From positions 69,906 through 133,905 of the forward strand of contig JBMFOB010000001.1 of assembly GCA_049969855.1 (NCBI GenBank): DNA of 64,000 nt, in the 5' to 3' direction. The notes below the pieces were generated by a model. It ran no database searches. It saw only the letters and a list, made by a program, of their open reading frames with translations, and had not been told where the DNA came from. Below, one piece after another: positions 18,764 to 26,979 of the stretch. The translations under genes and the position numbers were made by a program. The stretch comes from Candidatus Bathyarchaeia archaeon. Lineage in GTDB: Archaea > Thermoproteota > Bathyarchaeia > Bathyarchaeales > Bathycorpusculaceae. The number at the start of each line of letters is the position of its first letter. Position 1 is the first letter of the stretch.

Positions 18764-20313
18764 GCCAAAATGACAAGTTGCATAAAGCTGTGGAATTAAC
18801 GATTGAGGCAGGCTACCAACTCGACAAGGAAGCCTTCGAATTCCTAAGCACTGTAGCAGAAACAGAAGACCCAACAGAAATCATAAACAAAGCTATACGA
18901 AAAATAGAGACTCTAAGGGAGAAACCATTATTCATCGACAAAAACCTTCTGGAACAACTGATAAAGGAACAGAAGCCGCCAGAAGAAACCTTTCCACAGC
19001 AATTAGAACCATCGCAAACATTACCAGAAAACCTGCCAATTCTTGGGAAAGGAAAATTCCACTCTTTCGCAAAAGACATTGAGGCACGTATCAAGGTTAT
19101 TGACAATCCAGCGGAAAGACTAAGCTCAGGTGGAACAATTGAGGACTATCTGGAATATTTCCGGGACAGATTTAAGCGTATAGAAAAATTGTTAAGACAG
19201 CGAATGGATGTTAAAAGCGCCGCTTCCATTATAGACGCATTAAAATCTCCTGCAAACACACGTTTGAAAGTAATTGGCATGATAACGGAAAAGAGGGAAG
19301 CAAAACAAAAAATCCTGTTAACAGTGGAAGATTTAAGTGCAAACGTTACAATGTTAGTGCCTCAAAACGCATCAGAAGAAGTTCTAAAGAAGGCACGATG
19401 CCTCCTCCTTGACCAAGTTGTCTGCTTAAGCGTTGTAAAGACAAGAAGCAACCTTTTAGTTGTTGAAGATATAATCTTACCCGACATAGCGCAAAGAACT
19501 CCTCATAAAGCGCCGATTCCAGTTTACGCTGTGCTTACATCTGACATGCATGTGGGCAGCACAAAATTCCAAAGAGAAGCGTTTAACCGTTTCTTGTTAT
19601 GGCTTAACGGCAAATATGGAAACGAAAAAATGAGGGAAATAGCGAGTCATGTCAAATATGTTTTAGTGGCAGGTGACATTGTAGACGGCATAGGAATTTA
19701 TCCAAACCAGGTGAAAGAGCTAGCAATAAAAGATGTTAATGAACAGTATAGGCTTGCTGGGAAATATTTTGAACAAATTCCAGACTATATAGAAGTGGCA
19801 ATCATTCCAGGAAATCATGATGCACCCAGAAAAGCCTTGCCCCAACCACCCATATCAAACACTTTTTTAGAAAAGCTGCAAGAAACACGAAGGTTCTATT
19901 CCCTTGGAAACCCATGTTTTCTCAGCCTTCACGATGTGGAAGTGTTACTATATCACGGGCGCAGTTTAGATGACATAATTCCCACAGTTCCCGACATGAA
20001 TTCTAATCAACCGGAAAAAGCAATGAAGCTAATGCTGCAAAGTCGCCACTTAGCACCAGTATACGGCGGAAAAACGCCGTTATCTCCTGAAAACAGAGAC
20101 TGCTTAGTTATAGAACGTGTTCCCGACATCTTTCATGCTGGTCACATACATGCATTAGGATATACAAATTATCGCGGAGTTTTAGTTGTAAACTCGGGCG
20201 GATGGCAAGAACAAACAGAATATATGAAAAGAATGGGATTTGTCCCAACACCGGGGAAAGTTCCAGTTGTAAACCTTCAAACATTAGAAGTTAACATCCT
20301 CTCCTTCTGTTAA
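18760..20313 (+). CDS. polB: DNA polymerase D small subunit DP1
   Basis: OB fold plus phosphoesterase motifs SDMHVGS, GDIVDG, PGNHD, YHG, HAGHIH. Confidence 0.95.
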   Translation: MSQNDKLHKAVELTIEAGYQLDKEAFEFLSTVAETEDPTEIINKAIRKIETLREKPLFIDKNLLEQLIKEQKPPEETFPQQLEPSQTLPENLPILGKGKFHSFAKDIEARIKVIDNPAERLSSGGTIEDYLEYFRDRFKRIEKLLRQRMDVKSAASIIDALKSPANTRLKVIGMITEKREAKQKILLTVEDLSANVTMLVPQNASEEVLKKARCLLLDQVVCLSVVKTRSNLLVVEDIILPDIAQRTPHKAPIPVYAVLTSDMHVGSTKFQREAFNRFLLWLNGKYGNEKMREIASHVKYVLVAGDIVDGIGIYPNQVKELAIKDVNEQYRLAGKYFEQIPDYIEVAIIPGNHDAPRKALPQPPISNTFLEKLQETRRFYSLGNPCFLSLHDVEVLLYHGRSLDDIIPTVPDMNSNQPEKAMKLMLQSRHLAPVYGGKTPLSPENRDCLVIERVPDIFHAGHIHALGYTNYRGVLVVNSGGWQEQTEYMKRMGFVPTPGKVPVVNLQTLEVNILSFC

Positions 20314-20867
20314 GATAAACCACGTGCAATCAATCGCGCAGCCCGAATGGGTTCTGGAACTCTGCCACAAAAACACAAAGCCTGAATCATATTAGAAGCC
20401 CATTTAACGCTTGCACCCACTATTTCTACATATAATGGTGGTTCGCCGCTTCGAGTAATAATTTTGTGAATTGGGCCTAACTTTTGAAACACTTCCCAGC
20501 GCATTTCCCAGTCTTCAAAATGTTTTTTGAGGGCTTGCTTCACCGTTCGGTTATCAGGTTTTGTTCGGGATATTATGATAACTGGCTTTTTGAATTTTTC
20601 ATAAATTATTGTTGGATTGATGAGGTTAAAACCCGCAAAGGATACTCCAGCAAGCATAATAGCAGTAAACTCCCATGCTTTTAGGACCTCGGCGAGTTTT
20701 TCCGTCGCATCTAACCCATCAACAGTTATTTTTACGACTTTCACGTTTTCAATGCTGGCTTCTCTGAACAAAACTGCGGCAAGAAGTGCCTCTCGCGTTA
20801 TGCCTTTCTGGAAACTTCCATCTTCAACTCCTACTGTTAGCATGCTTTGAAAGGCTTTTTGCTTCAT
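20310..20867 (-). CDS. DUF99 family (endonuclease V-like) protein
   Basis: GVEDGSF, ITVDGLDAT, GVSFAGFN, VPEPIRAARLIA; overlaps the cdc6 3' end; start uncertain (20843-20897). Confidence 0.85.
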   Translation of the reverse strand: MKQKAFQSMLTVGVEDGSFQKGITREALLAAVLFREASIENVKVVKITVDGLDATEKLAEVLKAWEFTAIMLAGVSFAGFNLINPTIIYEKFKKPVIIISRTKPDNRTVKQALKKHFEDWEMRWEVFQKLGPIHKIITRSGEPPLYVEIVGASVKWASNMIQALCFCGRVPEPIRAARLIARGLS

Positions 20868-22068
20868 ATTCCACCAGACGCCCAAGCCTATTGTCACTAG
20901 CGAAGACGTCTCTAATAAGAGTGCGAGCTATTTCCAGCCTAATTTTTTTCGTTCTTCCATATCTTCCCATGCTTATAACCTTAGCATTTAACAATCCCAT
21001 CGAATCCAGCTCATTCACCAATGTGCTTAACCGACGCTGCGTTAAAGGTGTAACACTTAACTCCCCGCAAAGTTCAGCATAAACGTCATATATGTCGCCT
21101 GTGATGGCACTGTGAACATTCGCCCTATTCAAGTGATACACACTTAAAATCACAAGTTTTGAATGCAAGGTTAAATTTCTAAGAGCCTCAACAACACGGT
21201 TGTGTTCAATGTGTTTTTCAGCCTCTCGGACATGTTCTTCAGTCACAACACTTGCATCATTGCGCTCTGCAACCTCGCCAGCAACACGCAACAAATCCAA
21301 AGCCCGTCTTGCATCTCCATGTTCTGCAGCCGCCAAAGCAGCGCATAAACCCAAAGCAGCTTCAGACAAAGCCCCATCACAAAATGCCAATCGCGCCCGT
21401 TCCAACAGTATGTTGCCCAATTCACTTGCGTCGTAAGGCCTAAAAACAATTTCTTCCTCGCTGAGGGAGCTGAAAACACGTGGGTCAAGAAATTCCTTCA
21501 GCCGCAGGTCATTTGATATGCCCACTAGGGATACTTTGCTTTTGCATAAATTCTCATTTATTCTTGTCAATTCGTAAAGAAGCCGGTCTCCACGCGCTTT
21601 AACTAACGCGTCAATTTCATCTAAAACAACAATAAAAACAATTTTTAAAACATCCAAACCTGTTCTGAATCTATCAAAAACTTCGCCAACAGATAGCCCT
21701 GTGAAGGGAACATATACGCCTATGTTCTGGCATAAATTTGAAAAAACGCGATATTCAGACCCCGCCATGCGACAGTTCACATAGCAAAATCTTACAGGTG
21801 CATTAAACTCCTTTGCTTTGGCCTCAAGATGGCTTAAAACATATTTTGTCACTGCTGTTTTGCCTGTTCCAGTTTTTCCATATATAAAAACGTTAGAGCC
21901 TCTAGAACCTTTCAAAGCTGGGGCTACTGTCTCCCCTAGTTGTCTAATCTGTTCTTCTCGATGGGGCAGCTTCTCAGGTAAATAATCATGTCGTAATACT
22001 TCCCTATCTTTGAAGATTTTATTATTGTAAACGAATTTCTTGAATACTTCGTCAAGGATGTGGTTCAC
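20824..22068 (-). CDS. cdc6: Orc1/Cdc6 replication initiator
   Basis: YLPEKLPHRE, GKTGTGKT, VLDEID, HGDAR, C-terminal wHTH with GRYGRT. Confidence 0.96.
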   Translation of the reverse strand: MNHILDEVFKKFVYNNKIFKDREVLRHDYLPEKLPHREEQIRQLGETVAPALKGSRGSNVFIYGKTGTGKTAVTKYVLSHLEAKAKEFNAPVRFCYVNCRMAGSEYRVFSNLCQNIGVYVPFTGLSVGEVFDRFRTGLDVLKIVFIVVLDEIDALVKARGDRLLYELTRINENLCKSKVSLVGISNDLRLKEFLDPRVFSSLSEEEIVFRPYDASELGNILLERARLAFCDGALSEAALGLCAALAAAEHGDARRALDLLRVAGEVAERNDASVVTEEHVREAEKHIEHNRVVEALRNLTLHSKLVILSVYHLNRANVHSAITGDIYDVYAELCGELSVTPLTQRRLSTLVNELDSMGLLNAKVISMGRYGRTKKIRLEIARTLIRDVFASDNRLGRLVEYEAKSLSKHANSRS

Positions 22069-22098
22069 GTTAATTCCTCAGCAATTTTTAGTGGTAAC

Positions 22099-22118
22099 AC
22101 CCCATTTTCTAGTAGAGA
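22099..22118 (-). promoter_or_regulatory. ORB1 (degenerate), next to cdc6 start
   Basis: Minus strand TCTCTACTAGAAAATGGGGT. Confidence 0.65.
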
Positions 22119-22214
22119 AATAAGCTCTGTCATACAAAAAACTAAAGGCATAACATAAAAATCCTAAAAGAAGAAGAATTTGCATCACTTATTATTCTAT
22201 TGAATGTGAGACGC

Positions 22215-22236
22215 ACCCCACAATTTCTTTTGGAAC
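22215..22236 (-). promoter_or_regulatory. ORB2
   Basis: Minus strand GTTCCAAAAGAAATTGTGGGGT, matching TTCCAnnGGAAA..GGGG. Confidence 0.8.
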
Positions 22237-22392
22237 TCTGCAAGGTAATAACAAATCCTTTCTGATTTCTGCTTTACAGAAATATACTCTGAAAGGTTAA
22301 AACCACCAAAGCTACTTTAATGTTTACTGTAAAAGATTTTTGACAATTAACTAAAAAATATGCAAAAGTAAAGTGTTTGAGATGAGCAGAAT

Positions 22393-22414
22393 CTTCCAAA
22401 GGAAATGAAGGGGT
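22393..22414 (+). promoter_or_regulatory. ORB3
   Basis: CTTCCAAAGGAAATGAAGGGGT. Confidence 0.85.
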
Positions 22415-22645
22415 GCCGCTACATGATAACTTTGATATAAACGGTAGCAATTGATTTTTCTTTTTATTTTTATTTTCTACCTGACCAATGTAGAAGTTCT
22501 AAATAGTTCTCCAATAAACAATTTGCTTCCTTCATTTTTGTTCACAATTTGTAAACACCTTGTGAAATTGACTTAACAAAGCCTCTTTTCCAACTCCGCT
22601 TTCCCTAATATTGACTTTTTCTTGTCTCTTTTCTGTAAAATAGCC

Positions 22646-22667
22646 ACCCCTTCTCTTCTACTGGAAA
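22646..22667 (-). promoter_or_regulatory. ORB4
   Basis: Minus strand TTTCCAGTAGAAGAGAAGGGGT; inverted relative to ORB3. Confidence 0.8.
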
Positions 22668-22866
22668 TAAGCATTGCTTTAGTTCTCGTTTTCCTTTTTC
22701 TTTTTAGAAGAAGTGTGAAGTCTGTAAAAACAAAAGCTTTAAAAATTCTCCTTATTTTCCTTTTTTCTACCCTTAATGCCAATTTTCTTTCCAGCATTTT
22801 TACCATAACAGCTATAACTTGTGAACTGTAAAATTGTGAAATACCTTAAGCAGGTGTACACCGCAG

Positions 22867-23298
22867 ATGCCCGCTAAAAAGATGCGTGTTGAACTGTTCG
22901 ATAGTGAAGGCAATAAATATACTGTGTCCTTTGAAGGGCAAATAACCAGAGAAAAAGCTCTTCGCTTATTGGACATGGTGGAACTTTTAGGCGGAGTATC
23001 TGCGGGTGAGGGAAATCCAGAAAGTAATAACCCAGCTGTCGCAAATCAACTTGATAAGTACAGCAAGGTTCGAATGATAATTCAGAAACATTTTCCGTTG
23101 GTTTGGTTTTCTTCACGGGATGTCCAACTGGTTTATGAGCAAGAGCTAAAGGAACCAATAAGCCTAAGCACTGTGGCAACATACCTTTACAGAATGGCGA
23201 GTAAGGGTATGCTTTCTAAAGCGGGGAATTCCAATCGTTTGAAATATAGATTTGCGCCAAGTTATCCGCAATTAGCACCTAAACAACAAATGCCATGA
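22867..23298 (+). CDS. Origin-adjacent hypothetical protein with C-terminal winged helix
   Basis: Small N-terminal alpha/beta domain, linker, then WFSSRDVQ...ISLSTVATYLYRMASKGML...KYRF wHTH pattern. Confidence 0.8.
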   Translation: MPAKKMRVELFDSEGNKYTVSFEGQITREKALRLLDMVELLGGVSAGEGNPESNNPAVANQLDKYSKVRMIIQKHFPLVWFSSRDVQLVYEQELKEPISLSTVATYLYRMASKGMLSKAGNSNRLKYRFAPSYPQLAPKQQMP

Positions 23299-23327
23299 TA
23301 AAATCTTAAACGCCATTTTTGCATGAT

Positions 23328-24047
23328 TTATAGGGCTTCGCTTTCCTTCTTTTTCAAAAGATTTTCCATTTCCTTCTTCACATTATACTTAAAAGGAATT
23401 TTGCTCGTATCCCTCTCCAAGTAACCCCCCTCATAAAGCTTCTTCATCAAACGAGCCGTATGTTCCCGGCTGAGTTTAATGCGATCTTTTATCTCAGGCG
23501 CAGTTTTAGGACCTTCTGAAGCCAACATTTCCAAGACGGACAATTCGGTTTCTGTGAGTGGGGCTAAGGCTTTCTCTCTTTTTATGGGTATTACCGCTTC
23601 GATTTTTGCCTCTGGAACCATGGAGAATTGACGTGTTTGTTCTTCCATTTCGGAAACTTTTGAAGCTAACTTTTCATGCGCTGTGGAAAGGGCACTTACT
23701 TTCTCGTCCACTTCACCAAGTTTTGCTGATATCCTCTCTCTATGCTCCAAAACTTCAGTAAGCTTTCCCTCTAAAGAATGCACTATTTTATGGGTTTCTT
23801 CCGCTTTGTCCAGAGCCTTTTCACTTTTTGAAGAAATTGCCTCGACTTTATAAGCAATTAACTCCGTCCTTTCCGCCTCCTGCCTTAACTGTCTATTAAA
23901 ACTCAAAACAATGTCACCGATTATTTCCTTACTCTTCTCGTATTCCCTTCTAACTTTTTGCAGTTGCCTATAATACTCAAAAGCGGCACAAGCGGTTACG
24001 ACAAGTAAACTCCCAGCAATAATCAAAACTTCATCCAAATGAAACAC
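23328..24047 (-). CDS. Membrane-anchored coiled-coil winged-helix protein
   Basis: N-terminal hydrophobic helix, ~110-aa heptad-rich region, C-terminal LTETELSVLEML...TAPEIK..LSREHTARLMKKLYEGGYLER wHTH. Confidence 0.82.
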   Translation of the reverse strand: MFHLDEVLIIAGSLLVVTACAAFEYYRQLQKVRREYEKSKEIIGDIVLSFNRQLRQEAERTELIAYKVEAISSKSEKALDKAEETHKIVHSLEGKLTEVLEHRERISAKLGEVDEKVSALSTAHEKLASKVSEMEEQTRQFSMVPEAKIEAVIPIKREKALAPLTETELSVLEMLASEGPKTAPEIKDRIKLSREHTARLMKKLYEGGYLERDTSKIPFKYNVKKEMENLLKKKESEAL

Positions 24048-24050
24048 CTC

Positions 24051-24323
24051 TGTGATTCACCTGTGATTACGTTTACTTTAAACACGTTACATCACACATC
24101 ACAATTCTAACATAGAAGATTTAAAGATTACGGTAAAAGCATGGCTTCTAAGGAACAATGACGTCACACGTCACAGCCACAAATATGCTTACGCTCAAAC
24201 TAGCAACATTGCCTGAAAAAGGTTACTTTTGAACTATTTTTGACTTTTCGCCTTATTTTTGCTCCAGATAGATAATGCATTTAATGCTTTTATTTAGGGT
24301 ATGATGTGATTTGTGACGTCACA
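24051..24323. repeat. TGTGA/TCACA repeat array
   Basis: Nine copies, at 24051, 24062, 24092, 24099, 24164, 24171, 24305, 24312 and 24319; includes the perfect palindrome TGTGACGTCACA (24312-24323). Confidence 0.8.
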
Positions 24324-24798
24324 CGATGCCTTCTGATGGGTTTGAAAGCTTTTTCAAGCTGTTTTCCAGCTCCTCTCTAACCATTTTTATAAGTTTTAGG
24401 TGTTCACCGAGGTCTTCGCTTTTGTTTGGTATGTTTTTGTATGCCTCCATAAAGTCGTGCAATTTGTTGGCTATTTCTAGGTACGGGTCAAGTGTCGTGT
24501 CTTCGAACACTCCTAAGTATCCTAAAAGCAGTATAGTGTATATTGATTTTATGACGTTTTCTTTTGCTTGTTTTAATGTTCTGTTAAAGGCTCCGCGGCT
24601 TATTTTTGCCTTTGATAACCGTAATCTGGCTTTTTCATCGTATTTTAGCGGTTTACCCGAAATATTTTCAGCCAATATGTCAATAAGCAATGTTTCAAGC
24701 TGAGTTTTTGTTAATTGACTATTTTTAGTAAGCATTTTTACAATAGGGTCATTTAATGAGCTTGTTAACCACACTTGGACGTTTTCTTTAAGCTTCAA
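24319..24798 (-). CDS. Hypothetical protein with Tfx/sigma-region-4-like HTH
   Basis: SQLTKTQLETL...ISRGAFNRTLKQAKENVIKSIYT resembles the Tfx HTH (by eye); TTG start after GGAG. Confidence 0.7.
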   Translation of the reverse strand: MKLKENVQVWLTSSLNDPIVKMLTKNSQLTKTQLETLLIDILAENISGKPLKYDEKARLRLSKAKISRGAFNRTLKQAKENVIKSIYTILLLGYLGVFEDTTLDPYLEIANKLHDFMEAYKNIPNKSEDLGEHLKLIKMVREELENSLKKLSNPSEGIV

Positions 24799-24935
24799 AC
24801 TTTTCTCTCCACGCAGCTTCTTAAATGTATACACTTTTGTATACGGGTCTCCTTTTAAAACTATCGAATATCATGACAAAAATCACGTTTTACCAACACA
24901 AACATTTTATGCTAAAGAGAACAGTGTAGGATGAG

Positions 24936-26117
24936 GTGCCTCCTTTGGTTTTAAACTTTAGACCCGCAGATCGCCTGAAAAACCTAAAGTATTCTGGAAT
25001 ACGCCGATTTTTCGATATAGCCCAGAAAAAATCGAACGTTATCAATTTGAGCGTTGGAGAACCCGATTTTATACCTCCAAAACACGCATTAGATGCTGGT
25101 TGGCAAGCCATGAAGGAGGGTAAGACACATTATACGCCAACTAATGGAATTCCTGAACTTCGAGAAGCTTTGGCGCAGAAGGCGTATCATGACTATGGGC
25201 TTAATTATGATCCAAACACTGAAATATTGGTCACTGCTGGTGGAACAGAAGCTATTTTCTTGGCGGTTGCTGGGTTGGTGAATCCTGGCGATGAGGTGCT
25301 TATTCCAAACCCTGGATTTGTTTGTTATGAACCGAGTGTCCTTTTGGCGGGTGGTGTTCCTGTCTCTGTTCCTTTGAGGGAGGAGAATTCTTTTAAGCCG
25401 TCCATTGAGGATGTGATTTCATGTATCACGAAGAAGTCACGTGTGATGATACTGAATTACCCAAACAATCCTACAGGTGCCGTTCTTTCCCATGATGAGG
25501 CGGCTTCTCTTGCGAAAATTGCTGTTGAACATGATCTGATTGTGATTTCAGATGAGGTTTACGAGAAAATAGTTTATGATGACGTTAAGCATAGTTGTTT
25601 TGCAGCTTTTCCTGGAATGCGAGAGCGCACCCTTGTCGTTAATTCCTTCTCTAAAACCTATGCAATGACTGGTTTGCGTGTTGGATACATTTATGGGCCA
25701 AAGGAGATTATTTCTTTCCTCTGGCTTGTTCACCAGTACACTGTTGCTTGTGTAGACACTCTAGCGCAGTATATTGCATTAGCAGCATTGAAAGGATCAC
25801 AAGACTTTGTTAAGAATATGGTGCAAGAATTTGACAGGCGAAGACGATTGATCCATAAAAGGCTCATGGAGATTGACGGTTTTAATTGTAGCCTTCCAAA
25901 AGGAGCGTTTTACGTTTTTCCAAGCGTAAAGAATTTTGGCATGAGTTCAGAAGAATTTGCTGAGTTTCTTGTGAATGAGGCTAGTGTTGTGGCTGTTCCA
26001 GGGTCTGCTTTTGGCGTTCACGGTGAGGGTTACATAAGAATTTCTTATGCTGCTGCATACGAGAAGTTGGAAGAGGCGCTAAATCGCATAGAAAGGGCTG
26101 TTACGAAGATTAAATAG
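24936..26117 (+). CDS. Class I/II PLP aminotransferase (aspartate/aromatic)
   Basis: GEPDF, NYPNNPTG, SDEVY, SFSKTYAMTGLRVG. Confidence 0.92.
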   Translation: MPPLVLNFRPADRLKNLKYSGIRRFFDIAQKKSNVINLSVGEPDFIPPKHALDAGWQAMKEGKTHYTPTNGIPELREALAQKAYHDYGLNYDPNTEILVTAGGTEAIFLAVAGLVNPGDEVLIPNPGFVCYEPSVLLAGGVPVSVPLREENSFKPSIEDVISCITKKSRVMILNYPNNPTGAVLSHDEAASLAKIAVEHDLIVISDEVYEKIVYDDVKHSCFAAFPGMRERTLVVNSFSKTYAMTGLRVGYIYGPKEIISFLWLVHQYTVACVDTLAQYIALAALKGSQDFVKNMVQEFDRRRRLIHKRLMEIDGFNCSLPKGAFYVFPSVKNFGMSSEEFAEFLVNEASVVAVPGSAFGVHGEGYIRISYAAAYEKLEEALNRIERAVTKIK

Positions 26118-26123
26118 GCTATT

Positions 26124-26972
26124 TTACAAGTTTTCTGCGTGTTTTTTTAGTTCATCGAAAAGTTCTGGGCGCAAATCCCTAAGTGTGGGAACAAAAGTTT
26201 CTATGGGTTTTATGTCCGCATAATCTACATCACACATCACAATGTGCTCCTCATCATATTTTGCTTGAGCTAAAACTTTTCCATTAGGTCCCACAAGTCT
26301 GCTTCCTCCCCAAAACTGTAACCCATCTTCTATGCCGACAAGGTTAACATAAGCCAAGAAAGCCGTGTTTTCTATAGCCCTTGCCACTGTTAACACTTCA
26401 AAAAATGCCTTTCTGACCGCTGGAGACGCAGAGATGCAAACTATCAATTGGGCCCCTTTTAATCGTGTCAGTCGGCTTACTTCTGGGAAAAATATATCAT
26501 AGCATATGATTAAGCCTATTTTTCCAATTTTTGTTTCAAATGCTGTTGCGTGATATCCTGCACGGAAATATCTCTTCTCTTCAAAGACGCTGTGAGTTGG
26601 AAGATACATCTTTCTATATTTCCCTATGAAACCCTCGGGACCTACGAGAACTGCTGTGTTATAAAGTGTAGCTTTGGTCTTTTCGCTCAATTCTGGCATG
26701 CCGAAAATGATGTAGGTGTTTGTTTTTCTGGCTATGTCTTCCATGGCTTTTACTGAAGGTCCAGGCATTGTCTCTGCTAACTCGTATATTTGATCTCTAA
26801 CTACATAGCCTGTCAGTGAAAGTTCTGGAAAAATTACAAGGTCTGCGCCTTGTTTTTTAGCTTTATTTGTGATTTTTTCCATTTTCTTTATGTTTTCTTT
26901 TTTGTCTCCGCGTTTGCAGCTGATCTGTGCTAGGGCAAGTTTAATTTTGTCTTTCATTTTTGCTGCTTCCAT
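26124..26972 (-). CDS. Carbon-nitrogen hydrolase (nitrilase superfamily)
   Basis: Catalytic E (FPEL), K (YRKMYL), C (ICYD). Confidence 0.9.
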   Translation of the reverse strand: MEAAKMKDKIKLALAQISCKRGDKKENIKKMEKITNKAKKQGADLVIFPELSLTGYVVRDQIYELAETMPGPSVKAMEDIARKTNTYIIFGMPELSEKTKATLYNTAVLVGPEGFIGKYRKMYLPTHSVFEEKRYFRAGYHATAFETKIGKIGLIICYDIFFPEVSRLTRLKGAQLIVCISASPAVRKAFFEVLTVARAIENTAFLAYVNLVGIEDGLQFWGGSRLVGPNGKVLAQAKYDEEHIVMCDVDYADIKPIETFVPTLRDLRPELFDELKKHAENL

Positions 26973-26979
26973 TAAAGGG

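Larger units (their letters stand above)
22069..22866. other. Chromosomal replication origin (oriC)
   Basis: ~800 bp AT-rich non-coding region upstream of cdc6 with four ORBs and a T-rich tract (22451-22480) between an inverted ORB pair. Confidence 0.88.

Noticed and set aside
22573-22831. ORFs 22573..22806(-) and 22622..22831(+)
   Set aside because: Low-complexity translations of AT-rich origin DNA overlapping ORB4.
24051-24323. CRISPR array or CRP/FNR sites
   Set aside because: Repeats are 5-7 bp with no repeat-spacer structure or cas genes; spacing is not TGTGA-N6-TCACA and no CRP-family gene is present.
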